In this document: positions 23,202 to 33,822 of the stretch, piece by piece | How the letters are laid out: each line of letters begins with the position of its first letter | Numbering within the stretch: the first letter of the stretch is position 1 | Source of the DNA: Planktothrix sp. GU0601_MAG3 | GTDB lineage: Bacteria; Cyanobacteriota; Cyanobacteriia; Cyanobacteriales; Microcoleaceae | Length of the DNA stretch: 64,000 nt | Reading direction: 5' to 3' | NCBI GenBank assembly: GCA_035193785.1 | Contig: CP136572.1 | Location: 2,228,578 to 2,292,577 of the forward strand | Notes under the pieces: generated by a model | What the model was told of the DNA's origin: nothing | The model's input: only the letters and a program-made list of their open reading frames with translations | Databases searched by the model: none | Program-made: the position numbers and the translations under genes

Positions 23202-24912
23202 TTAAGGTTCTTTTTTGGGAGTTGCAGTTGGAGGAAGTTGAGTGCTGGGGGTTTTAATTTTAACAAAAATATCATAACGGCTGGTGCGATCGCTTATAAT
23301 TGCAGTAGTTAATCCAATTGATTGAATCGCATCAATCCATAGCCTTTGATCTGGAGGAAGTTGGGGCAAAGATAGAGTTCTAACATTCGGATCAAACACC
23401 CGTTCAAGATTCATAAAAAAGTTGCCATTATTGGGCTTAAGTCCCATCGGAATAGTTTGCTGAAATAGTGGATTAGAGGTAATTGCAGCTTGAGGTGAAG
23501 GCACAATTTGATCCGCCACCGCTCCCCCTAAAGTAACAAAAGCCACATCGGATGCTAACCAACCACGGGTTACCATAAATCCCCCAAAGGGAGATACCCA
23601 TTGCACCGCCGATTGATCCTTAACTTTCGTTTCACTCACCTGAAATTTCTTATTCTTCATCACCTCATCTAACTGGGTTAAAGCCTTATCCGCCGCACCG
23701 CGATCAGAAACCTTCACCATTAATACTAACCCCGCCACAAATCTTTCTAAAGCTCTAGGATTTGGATTAGCAGGAATTAAAGATAAAGAAAATTCTCCCC
23801 CCATCCAATTCAGAACATCTTTTTCTAACTCCATCCCCGTCGCCGATTTAAAACTAGAACTCAAAACTTGAGGATTCAAGGGCGCTATGGGATTAGCATT
23901 TGCCCCTTGAGTATAATCTTCCCAAACCCGTTTTAAATTACTTCCAGAAACCATCATCAATGTATTTTCTGGAATCCGAGTTAGAATCTCTTGAGCTTTA
24001 TTTTCAACGGTAAATTTTTTCTGACTATTCGGTTTTAACCAAGACACTCCCTTAAACCCAACGCCCTGAGCTTCTAAACTAATATTAGTAGCTAATCCTT
24101 GATGCTGTTGTACCTGTTCTAAATTTTTATCAGGAATCGGATTAGAAGAACGATAGGAGGCAATCTTTGTAGCTACGGGAATATTTAGGTAAACTTGAGC
24201 AAAGGGATTAGTAGTTTTAATCGTCTCTAAACTAGCAGCATATCCAGGGGTTTTTGCTAAGGAATCCGAACCTCTATAAGTATCAATTACCCGTTCAGTT
24301 GCATTCGGATCAGTAGTGACAACTAAAAAATCTTGTCCCAGGACAGAAATCGAATAATTCTGTTTAGGATTTCCCTGGGTTTCAATAATATCAACCCCTC
24401 GATAAGATCGCTGAGTCGTTTGACCCTGTTGTACGGTTTCTCGGTTGTGATAATAATTCCTTAGCCTTGGTGGGGTTAGCAATCGGAAATACCATCACCA
24501 TCGCCTGTTGATTTAGGGTTGTAGAAGCATCCGGGGTAGGAGCAGTCCCAGAAATCAAGCTAGAATTAGGTAAGGCAGCCATCATCACTTCCTGACCGAC
24601 CCAGGGCTGAATATCCTTTTGATAATCATAGCCATTGTCCGTAAATACCCGATTTTGCCAACCCTTGAGAATTTCCTGCAACGCCGCCTGGGATGGGACT
24701 GTGCCGTATTGCTTTAATTTGTCCCATTGTTGGCTATTTGTGGAGAGGGATACGGCCACCATTGCCTCTTGGGGGACAACATTCGCACCCAGGGGAACAC
24801 CTTCTAAAAATTTACGCGCAACTAAGGTGTAGTAGGCTGCAATTCCCCCTCCAATCAGCAGCGTCGCAACTCCCACCGTCAAAACTAGATTGGGTTTAAT
24901 TTTTTGGATCAT
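23202..24912 (-). CDS. DUF3352-like membrane-anchored protein; apparent frameshift ~24438
   Basis: N-terminal TM anchor, [32 protein letters not shown]. Confidence 0.75.
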
Positions 24913-25069
24913 GAATGGCAAGGATGGCTTTAAACAACCAGTAAACAAATTAATTCGGTATCGAGGGGAATTTTAACCCAGGGGGTCACACTTTGCAAAT
25001 TCATGATTAAATAACCCATATTTATAGGCGGTGCGTGCGCTTCGCTTACCCACCCTACGACTAAAACCC

Positions 25070-26313
25070 GTAGGGGCGGGTTCGACAAAATCTGACAAAT
25101 CCCACAAATAATCTTGATAAACCCGTCCCCACCTCACCAAGATTTAACGTTAACAAAACGGGGTTAATATTGATTCCTATTATGGGGTTGGGCGGGTTTA
25201 TTTAGATTAATTATCATTAACAAATATTCTGTCGAACCCGCCCCTACATTCAAAAAAAAACCCGTAGGGGCGGGTTCGACAAAATCTGACAAATCCCACA
25301 AATAATCTTGATAAACCCGTCCCCACCTCACCAAGATTTAACGTCAACAAAACGGGATTAATATTGATTCCTGTCATGGGGTTGGGCGGGTTTATTTGGA
25401 TTTATTATTATTAAAAAATATTCTGGCGAACCCGGCTATACATTCAAAAAAAACTTAGGGGCGGGTTTCCGTACAATCTGACAAATCCCACAAATAATCT
25501 TGATAAACCCGTCCCCACTCACCAAGATTTAACGTTAACAAAACGGGGTTAATATTGATTCCTGTCATGGAGTGGGCGGGTTTATTTGGATTTATTATTA
25601 TTAACAAATATTCTGGCGAACCCGCCCCTACATTCAAAAAAACCCGTAGGGGCGGGTTCGACAAAATCTGACAAATCCCACAAATAATCTTGATAAACCC
25701 GTCCCCACTCACCAAGATTTAACGTTAACAAAACGGGGTTAATATTGATTCCTGTCATGGAGTGGGCGGGTTTATTTGGATTTATTATTATTAACAAATA
25801 TTCTGGCGAACCAGCCCCTACATTCAAAAAAAACCGTAGGGGCTGGTTCCGTACAATCTGACAAATCCCACAAATAATCTTGATAAACCCGTCCCCACTC
25901 ACCAAGATTTAACGTTAACAAAACGGGGTTAATATTGATTCCTGTCATGGGGTTGGGCGGGTTTATTTGGATTTATTATTATTAAAAAATATTCTGGCGA
26001 ACCCGGCCATACATTCAAAAAAAACCCGTAGGGGCGGGTTCGACAAAATCTGACAAATCCCACAAATAATCTTGATAAACCCGTCCCCACTCACCAAGAT
26101 TTAACGTTAACAAAACGGGGGTAATATTGATTCCTGTTATGGGGGTGGGCGGGTTTATTTGGATTTATTATTATTAACAAATATTCTGGCGAACCCGGCC
26201 ATACATTCAAAAAAAACCCGTAGGGGCGGGTTCGACAAAATCTGACAAATCCCACAAATAATCTTGATAAACCCGTCCCCACTCACCAAGATTTAACGTT
26301 AACAAAACGGGGT
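25070..26313. repeat. Tandem array of ~191 bp REP/REPIN-like units (6 full + 1 half)
   Basis: Units start at 25070, 25264, 25455, 25646, 25836, 26028 and 26220; each is GTAGGGGCGGGTTCG..CGAACCCGCCCCTAC followed by an A tract. Confidence 0.92.
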
Positions 26314-26474
26314 TGATATGGTAAGGCTGGTTTGCCATTGAACACTGACAATTAAGGTTCCAAGTTCTTTAACGGCTCCAAAGTCAATGATTGTCCTGAG
26401 TTTGATTTTATAGCAATTTGTAGTCAGGCGTTCATCCCTCTTAGCCCTAAAGGGCTTACTACGTTGGTTTTAAC

Positions 26475-27653
26475 TTAGGAAGACCCCTCTTGATCTTCGG
26501 GCTCGGAAAGATTATTAAACCAACCGCGTTTCCAGAAGAAGAAAAATAACCCTAAAGCGATGAAAAACATCATTCCCAAACACACCGGATAACCCCAATA
26601 CCAATTGAGTTCCGGCATATTTAAAGGAGAGGTTTCGGGATTAAAGTTCATTCCGTAGACCCCAGCTACAAAGGTTAGGGGAATAAAAATAGTCGAAATA
26701 ACGGTGAGCAATTTCATAATTTCATTCATTTTATTGCTCATCGTAGACATATAAATTCCCATTAAATCCGAGGATAATTCTCGATAGGTTTCCACCATAT
26801 CCCGAACTAAAATAGTATGATCATAACAGTCTCGCAAATATATCCGAACTTCTGGACTAATTAAATCGCTTCCATCTCTAATTAATACATTAATCGCTTC
26901 CCGTTGCGCCCAAATTGCTCGCCGCAGGGTAAATAAATCCCGACGAATACCATAAATTCTAGCTAGATCTTTAGGGACAGGATTAAAGACAACCTTGTCT
27001 TCTAAATCTTCTAAAATATTTCCATATTCTTCTAATACCGGGAAAAAACCATCAATAATTGCATCTAAAATCGCATAGGCTAAATAATCAGCCCCTTGTT
27101 TACGAATAATTCCTTGATTATAACGAATGCGATCGCGCACAGGTTGTAAACAATCATATTCCGCTTCTTCCTGTACCGTGAGTAAATAATTTTTCCCTAA
27201 AATAATACTCACCTGTTCTTTATGGAGGGGATCTGCTCCGGGTTTAATCATGATCATCCAAGCCACAATTACCAATTGACCATCATATTCCACAACTTTC
27301 GGCCGTTGGGGAACATTCACCACATCTTCTAAGGCGATCGGATGTAAATTAAATACCTTCGCCATCCGATCCCAAGTGTCTTGATTTCCTAACCCTAAAA
27401 TATCTAACCAAGAAACAGAATGAGTATCCAAATAAGGCGCACATTCCTCCGGTGTTTTTAAGGTTAAACGAGTCGCAATTTCGTCACTATAATCAATTAA
27501 AACCATTTCCGGGGGGGGATCATCAGCTTCAACATCTAATGTTCCCGGTGGTGTTCCCGGATCATCATAGAAATAATCTAATTTGGATTCTTCTTCATCT
27601 TCATCAATAGCAGAATCGAGCGGGGGCATCGTAGATTTTATACTGTGTGCCAT
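26475..27653 (-). CDS. corA: Mg2+/Co2+ transporter CorA
   Basis: QRPK, MNEIMKLLT, YGMNF, MPEL. Confidence 0.95.
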   Translation of the reverse strand: MAHSIKSTMPPLDSAIDEDEEESKLDYFYDDPGTPPGTLDVEADDPPPEMVLIDYSDEIATRLTLKTPEECAPYLDTHSVSWLDILGLGNQDTWDRMAKVFNLHPIALEDVVNVPQRPKVVEYDGQLVIVAWMIMIKPGADPLHKEQVSIILGKNYLLTVQEEAEYDCLQPVRDRIRYNQGIIRKQGADYLAYAILDAIIDGFFPVLEEYGNILEDLEDKVVFNPVPKDLARIYGIRRDLFTLRRAIWAQREAINVLIRDGSDLISPEVRIYLRDCYDHTILVRDMVETYRELSSDLMGIYMSTMSNKMNEIMKLLTVISTIFIPLTFVAGVYGMNFNPETSPLNMPELNWYWGYPVCLGMMFFIALGLFFFFWKRGWFNNLSEPEDQEGSS

Positions 27654-27758
27654 AAAAAACTGCCCTGGGAGTTAATGGAATGGGTTGGGGAATTTAAAAA
27701 ACTAATCCCAGTTTAACCGATAGGGTTCAAAAGGGAACTTATATTTTAATAAAAAAAT

Positions 27759-28223
27759 CTATTGGCTGTTTTCGAGGATTTTAAATTCCCTTAAAGCGGG
27801 GAAAAAGTTCTTATTTTCATGACTAGGACGGCTTAACTTTAGTAAAGCAAATCGCTGTAACGGGCTTAAATCTTGCCAGTTTTTCAAGGTAATATTAATA
27901 TCTATTTCCTCGGCTTTTTGCTGTACTGTATCCGGTAATTTTGTGATTTCTAACCAAGGCGGGTGCTCATCAATGGGTAAATCCTTGAGGGGAATATTAG
28001 TATATTGTTCTGCTAATTGATATAATAAATTCCGATATTCTGTAATTTCTTCCAGTGTATCAATCGGATTTTCTACCAACAGTTGGCGAGCATCCTGACT
28101 AAATTTATTCCAATGTTCCAGTTTTAACTTAACCCCACAACTATCAAGTTTATACCGCACAATCATCGGAATACAGTGCAAAGATTCCACAAAATCCTGT
28201 TCAAATTCAAACAAATGATTCAT
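27759..28223 (-). CDS. Nitrate reductase associated protein (NarM-like)
   Basis: FEFEQDF..CIPMIVRYKLD..GVKLKL, LQRFALLKLSRPSHENKNF. Confidence 0.8.
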   Translation of the reverse strand: MNHLFEFEQDFVESLHCIPMIVRYKLDSCGVKLKLEHWNKFSQDARQLLVENPIDTLEEITEYRNLLYQLAEQYTNIPLKDLPIDEHPPWLEITKLPDTVQQKAEEIDINITLKNWQDLSPLQRFALLKLSRPSHENKNFFPALREFKILENSQ

Positions 28224-28262
28224 ATAGTATTCCTATTTGATTGGTGTCCAAAATTGTTAATT

Positions 28263-28382
28263 GGGAATGGGTAATGGGTAATGGGTAATGGGTAATTACG
28301 AATTACGAATTACGGACGGGGAATGGTTAATAGAAAGAGTTTACTCCCCCTGCCTCCCCTGCTCCCCCTGCCTCCCCTGCTC
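28263..28382. repeat. STRR-type tandem repeats (AATGGGT, ATTACGA, CCCCTGCT)
   Basis: Directly visible. Confidence 0.85.
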
Positions 28383-29462
28383 CTACTTCTGCTCTGGATG
28401 AGCCGCTTCTGGGGAAGTAGCAGCCATCCTATTAATTGTATAAATCATTTGATACAATCGCCCCACTCGACGTTGATTAAAATGGAAGGTTAAACGGGGT
28501 AATTCCTCTGTATCGTCGCCAACTTCTTCCGGTAAGGCTTGGGTTTTTTCAATCCTACCTTTAGATAACATATCGTGAAACTCCGTATTTAGTTGTTCCA
28601 CTTGTTGCTCAGATAATTCTGATTTTAACCGGACGACAAACTGATCTCTAACATGACGACTAGAATGATAGACACGATAGAAACTAGCGATCGCTTCACA
28701 AGCAACAGACAAATCATCAGTAATCGTATAAAAACTAGGATCATCGGGTGAAATCAATCCCCGATTTAGCATTTGTTTATGAATAAATTGGTTAAGATCA
28801 TACCAGTAATCTCCCCCCGGGCGATCCACCAAAATTAACGGAGCGGGGCCGAATTTTCCCGTTTGAATTAAGGTTAAACATTCAAAGGTTTCATCTAAAG
28901 TTCCAAACCCCCCGGGAAACATAGCCAAAGCATCACTTTCGCGTAAAAAAAATAACTTGCGTGTGAAAAAATACTTGAACATAATCGCCTTTTTATTCCC
29001 GTGAATATAAGGATTAGAAGATTGTTCAAAAGGAAGTTGAATATTTAAACCAAACGATAAATCCAGACCCGCTCCTTCGTTTCCCGCCTGCATAATCCCA
29101 CCGCCACCCCCGGTTAAGACCATAAAACCTTGTTGGGTGACACATTGGGCAAAATCCGCCGCCATTTGATATTCCGGGGTATCGCACCGAATGCGAGCCG
29201 AACCAAAAATACAAATTTTGCGAACATGGCGATAGGGATAAAAAATTTGAAAACCCCGCTCTAAGTCCAATAAAGAAGCCGAAATAATTTTCCAGTCTAG
29301 GGTTTCAAATTCTTCTCCCGCCATCCTAACTAGACTAGAAAGCGAGCGGGAAATCCATTTTTTATGTTTCAAATTTGGGAGTTTATTCACCAACGGGATA
29401 ATATCCGCTTGTAGAGAATCTCCCGCCAAACTAATATCTGAGGGGTTCATAAAATTTATCAC
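28383..29462 (-). CDS. LOG family (Rossmann-fold nucleotide-binding) protein
   Basis: IFGSAR, TGGGGGIM, FFTRK, PGGFGTLDE. Confidence 0.9.
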   Translation of the reverse strand: MINFMNPSDISLAGDSLQADIIPLVNKLPNLKHKKWISRSLSSLVRMAGEEFETLDWKIISASLLDLERGFQIFYPYRHVRKICIFGSARIRCDTPEYQMAADFAQCVTQQGFMVLTGGGGGIMQAGNEGAGLDLSFGLNIQLPFEQSSNPYIHGNKKAIMFKYFFTRKLFFLRESDALAMFPGGFGTLDETFECLTLIQTGKFGPAPLILVDRPGGDYWYDLNQFIHKQMLNRGLISPDDPSFYTITDDLSVACEAIASFYRVYHSSRHVRDQFVVRLKSELSEQQVEQLNTEFHDMLSKGRIEKTQALPEEVGDDTEELPRLTFHFNQRRVGRLYQMIYTINRMAATSPEAAHPEQK

Positions 29463-29646
29463 CTAAAACAAAGCGCCTCAGAGCCAAGGTTCCAAGACGC
29501 AATACCCGTGAATAATCGGCTTGAGATTCAAGTATCACTTTCCTGGGAATTGAAAACCAATTTTATTAACCGACTCAAATCTACTCTTTTTTTTCAGCCC
29601 GTTTTTGAGTTTAGTAATCAATCCAGGTAACAATGATTAAAGTATT

Positions 29647-29991
29647 CTACTGGCTACTCTTTGGAGAATTAATATGACCCTCCAAAGTTGATGCTAAAGT
29701 CGTTTTAGGGACAGCACCTACAACCATATCCACCCTTTGACCATCTTTGAAAATCATCAGAGTTGGGATACTGCGAATTCCATACTGACTAGCAGTATTA
29801 GGATTTTCATCTGTGTTGAGCTTGACTACTTTGAGTTGTCCAATATATTGCTGCGCAATTTCTTCTACAACCGGTGCAACCATACGACAAGGCCCACACC
29901 AAGGAGCCCAAAAATCCACTAATACCGGGATTGTACTCTCAAGCACATCCTGTTTAAAACTAGCATCAGTAACTGGTAAGGCGTTGGACAT
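29647..29991 (-). CDS. trxA: Thioredoxin (m-type)
   Basis: WCGPC active site, GIRSIPT, GAVPK. Confidence 0.95.
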   Translation of the reverse strand: MSNALPVTDASFKQDVLESTIPVLVDFWAPWCGPCRMVAPVVEEIAQQYIGQLKVVKLNTDENPNTASQYGIRSIPTLMIFKDGQRVDMVVGAVPKTTLASTLEGHINSPKSSQ

Positions 29992-30101
29992 CTCTATACA
30001 TCCTTGATAATATAAAAGACCTTTTTGTCTATTCTACTCTTAATTTGAGCAAGCTTTCTACAAAGCAATAACTCCCGATTATATTTCAATATGATCTCCA
30101 A

Positions 30102-30170
30102 AAGAAACCGCCCGAACAAAAGTCCAGGCGGAGTGTGGTGTGAGGAGTGAACGGAAACATACGTCTCCGC
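30102..30170 (-). ncRNA. yfr1: Yfr1 small RNA
   Basis: Minus strand GCGGAGACGTATGTTTCCGTTC-ACTCCTCACAC-CACACTCCGCCTGGAC..TTCGGGCGGTTTCTTT: conserved ACUCCUCACAC between two hairpins, at the canonical guaB-trxA location. Confidence 0.92.
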
Positions 30171-30276
30171 TTCTTCTATTGTGCCATTTTATTTCATATA
30201 ATTCCAGGTTGAGTCGTAAGTTTTACAACGATTTAACAAGTTTCGTCAAGAATCTTGAAACCCAACCTCCGTAAAT

Positions 30277-31441
30277 TTACTTGCCCATCCCTAACTGTTG
30301 AGCTTTTTGATAGACCTTTCCTTCCGTCAACAGTGAAGGAGCAATCACCACTTCCACCTGCTGCATTTCTGCAATCGTCTGCGCTCCCAAGGTTTCCCAT
30401 ACTGGTTTTTAACGCCCCCAATAAATTATGAGTCCCGTCATCGAGTTGAGCCGGGCCGCGCAGAATTTGTTCTAAGGTTCCGGTTGTCCCCACCCGAATC
30501 CGAGTTCCCCGGGGTAACACCGGGCTAGGGGTCGCCATACCCCAGTGATAGCCCCGTCCGGGTGCTTCTTTCGCCCGAGCAAAGGGGGAACCAATCATCA
30601 CGCCATCGGCACCACAGGCGATACATTTACAGATATCTCCTCCGGTAATTAGGCCTCCATCGGCAATAATTGGCACATAACGTCCGGTTTCCTGGTAATA
30701 ATCATTGCGAGCGGCGGCACAGTCAGCTACGGCCGTGGCTTGGGGAACTCCCACCCCTAAAACCCCCCGGGAGGTACAGGCTGCTCCCGGGCCAATCCCC
30801 ACTAAAATTCCGGCGGCTCCGGCTCTAAGTAAATCTAGGGTGATATCGTAGGTGACACAGTTCCCCAAAATCACCGGAATCGGCATTTCTTGGCAAAATT
30901 TGACTAAATCCAGAGGAATCACCGACTCTGGCGATAGGAATGTGGTTGACACCACCGTGGCTTGCACGAAGAATAAATCAGCCCCGGCTTCAGCCACTAT
31001 CGAACCATATTTACTAGCTCCGACTGGGGTTGCACTCACCGCCGCAATTCCGCCCCCTTTCTTGATTTCCTGAATGCGTTGGGTAATCAATTCTGGTTTA
31101 ACCGGTTCTGCATATAATTCTTGCATCAGAGTGACAAACCCATCTTTCCCGACTGAGGTGATACGGTCTAAAATCGGTTCTGGGTCTTGATAACGGGTTT
31201 GAATCCCTTCGAGGTTCAACACCCCCAAGGCCCCCAGTTTAGATAATTCTACCGCCATCCGCACATCAACTACCCCATCCATGGCACTGGCAATGATCGG
31301 AATTTCTCGTTGAATGCCACCAATTGTCCAAGTTGTGTCTGCCAAACCCGGGTCAAGGGTGCGTTGTCCAGGGACTAACGCAATTTCATCAATGCCATAA
31401 GCTCTGCGGGCAACTTTGCCCCGCCCAATTACAATATCCAC
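30277..31441 (-). CDS. guaB: GuaB3-family IMP dehydrogenase; apparent frameshift ~30394
   Basis: ASAMD, GIGPGAACTSR, IADGG, WGMATPS; corrected C-terminus ends ..QQLGMGK. Confidence 0.92.
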
Positions 31442-31496
31442 TCTTGTATGTGTTCCCAAGACTTTATTTCTAATTAGACTATCACAATCGAGCCAG

Positions 31497-31576
31497 AGGG
31501 AGCAGGGGAGTAGGGGGGCGGGGGAGCAGGGGGAGCAGGGAGCAGGGAGTTGGGGGAGTTGGGGGAGTTGGGGAGT
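31497..31576. repeat. G-rich STRR-type repeats (GGGAGCAG/GGGAGTTG)
   Basis: Directly visible. Confidence 0.8.
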
Positions 31577-31583
31577 GATTTTT

Positions 31584-31686
31584 TAGGACTTACGCAGAAA
31601 CCGGGTTTCTGAACGATAAATCACCGATTTCATTCGCAAAATCAGAGCCAGAAACCCGGTTTCTTTGGTCTTGTGCGTAAGTCCTG
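31584..31686. mobile_element. MITE-like element, (C/T)AGGACTTACGCA TIRs (copy 3, near-identical inverted copy of 21662-21763)
   Basis: Internal sequence is the reverse complement of copy 2; ATTTTT flanking direct repeat. Confidence 0.75.
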
Positions 31687-31794
31687 ATTTTTTTAAGTTT
31701 TGAAACCCTTCTGATCTATAACCCCTTGAATCCGATGGGAAAACTGGAGTATAATAAAAGCAAAGGTTTTCATTGAACTTAGAGGATATTAACT

Positions 31795-32433
31795 ATGACA
31801 CTTCGACTTGGGGATACCGTCCCGAACTTTACTCAAGCCTCCTCTGAAGGCGACATCAGCTTTTATGATTGGGCTGGGGATAGCTGGGTAGTGTTATTTT
31901 CTCACCCGGCGGACTATACTCCGGTTTGTACAACGGAATTGGGCACTGTTGCTAAGTTAAAACCCGAATTCGACAAACGCAATGTTAAAGTTATTGCTCT
32001 GAGTGTGGATGATACCGAATCCCATAAAGGTTGGATTCAAGATATTAACGAAACCCAAAATACGATTGTTAATTACCCCATTTTAGCGGATGGCGATCGC
32101 AAAGTATCCGAATTGTACGACATGATCCATCCCAACGCTAATGCCACCCTGACCGTGCGGAGTGTCTTCATCATTGACCCCAACAAAAAACTGCGTTTGA
32201 GCTTCACCTATCCCCCCAGCACCGGACGCAACTTTGATGAAATTCTGCGGGTGATTGATTCTCTGCAACTGACTGACCACTACAGCGTCGCTACTCCCGC
32301 CGACTGGAAAGATGGGGAAGATTGTGTGATTGTGCCTTCCCTGAAAGACCCGGAAGTCCTAAAAGAGAAGTTTCCCAAAGGTTATCAAGAAGTTAAACCC
32401 TATTTACGTCTAACTCCTCAACCCAATAAATAA
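31795..32433 (+). CDS. 1-Cys peroxiredoxin (Prx6)
   Basis: FSHPADYTPVCTTE, GRNFDEILR, ATPADW. Confidence 0.95.
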   Translation: MTLRLGDTVPNFTQASSEGDISFYDWAGDSWVVLFSHPADYTPVCTTELGTVAKLKPEFDKRNVKVIALSVDDTESHKGWIQDINETQNTIVNYPILADGDRKVSELYDMIHPNANATLTVRSVFIIDPNKKLRLSFTYPPSTGRNFDEILRVIDSLQLTDHYSVATPADWKDGEDCVIVPSLKDPEVLKEKFPKGYQEVKPYLRLTPQPNK

Positions 32434-32445
32434 AACCATCTGCAA

Positions 32446-32478
32446 CAAAAAACTCGGTTTCACCAAGCCGGGTTTTTT
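32446..32478 (+). terminator. Intrinsic terminator after the peroxiredoxin gene
   Basis: AAAAAACTCGGTTT-CACC-AAGCCGGGTTTTTT. Confidence 0.7.
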
Positions 32479-32544
32479 GCATAAGTCCTGTTAATCCCTA
32501 AAATAAAAGAAACCCATTACTAAATTTTAACTAGGACGTTGCTC

Positions 32545-33529
32545 ATGGACATCAAAAACGGTTTTGTTGGCACAATTGGGAATACCCCATTAATTCGATT
32601 AAATAGTTTCAGCGACGAAACCGGCTGTGAAATTTTAGGGAAAGCAGAATTTTTAAATCCCGGCGGGTCGGTGAAAGATCGGGCGGCTTTATATATTATT
32701 AAAGATGCGGAAGCAAAAGGATTACTCAAACCCGGTGGAACCGTTGTAGAAGGAACCGCAGGCAATACTGGCATTGGATTAGCCCATATTTGTAATGCCA
32801 GGGGTTACAAATGTTTAATTATTATTCCCGATACTCAATCCCCTGAGAAAATGGAAGCATTAAGAACATTAGGGGCGGAAGTTCGTCCGGTTCCCGCCGT
32901 ACCCTATAAAGACCCCAATAATTATGTAAAATTATCGGGACGTTTGGCTTCAGAAATGGAAAATGCTGTTTGGGCGAATCAATTTGACAATTTAGCTAAT
33001 CGGATTGCCCATTATGAAACAACCGGGCCAGAAATTTGGCAACAAACCGATGGCAAAGTTGATGCTTGGGTGGCAGCTACCGGAAACCGGAGGAACTTTT
33101 GCGGGGGTTTCGCTGTTTTTAAAAGAGAAGAATAATCAAATTAAAACCGTTGTGGCTGACCCGATGGGTAGTGGTTTATATAGTTATGTGAAAACCGGAG
33201 AAATTAGCCTTCAAGGTAATTCGATTACTGAAGGAATTGGCAATAGTCGAATTACCGCAAATATGCAGGATGTTCCGATTGATGATGCTATTTTAGTCGA
33301 TGATCAAGAAGCGGTGCGGGTGGTCTATCAACTATTAAGAAAAGATGGCTTATTTATGGGTGGTTCGGTTGGGATTAATGTGGCGGCGGCGGTGGCTTTA
33401 GCGAAAGAAATGGGGCCAGGTCATACCATTGTAACGGTTTTATGTGATGGGGGTGCTCGTTATCAATCTAAGTTGTTTAATCAAAAATGGTTACAGGAAA
33501 GAAACCTCTGGCCGCATAATTTAGATTAG
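32545..33529 (+). CDS. cysK: Cysteine synthase; apparent frameshift ~33085
   Basis: [14 protein letters not shown] (PLP lysine), TAGNTG, GTGGT after correction, EGIG. Confidence 0.92.
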
Positions 33530-33822
33530 AAAACCCAACGATAGACTCCCAGAAATCGGGTTTCTGGAACAATCTTTGTATCCCAGATTTAACCAAGAAA
33601 CCTGATTTCTGATTCTCCTGTTAGGTACTTGTTTGCCCAATATCAAAACCTCTGGCAAGGAGTTGATGCCGTCGCCTAGGTTGGCGCAGAGGGGGATTTA
33701 TGGGGCGATATTCCCCGAACTCCTTGAAGAAATATGCGATCGCTTCCCGATAAACAACGGTACTTTTCAGTTTCCCGATATACTAAAAAGAGAATTTCAA
33801 CCAGACTACCTCTTTTTAGCCC

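Noticed and set aside
22985..23312. Low-complexity ORFs (GSR and PLL repeats)
   Set aside because: Translations of STRR repeats.
25455..26282. ORFs of 63-107 aa inside the tandem array
   Set aside because: They are translations of the repeat unit with inconsistent frames between copies.
25070..26313. Possible CRISPR array
   Set aside because: Units are near-identical over the full ~191 bp, there are no unique spacers, and no cas genes are in the window.
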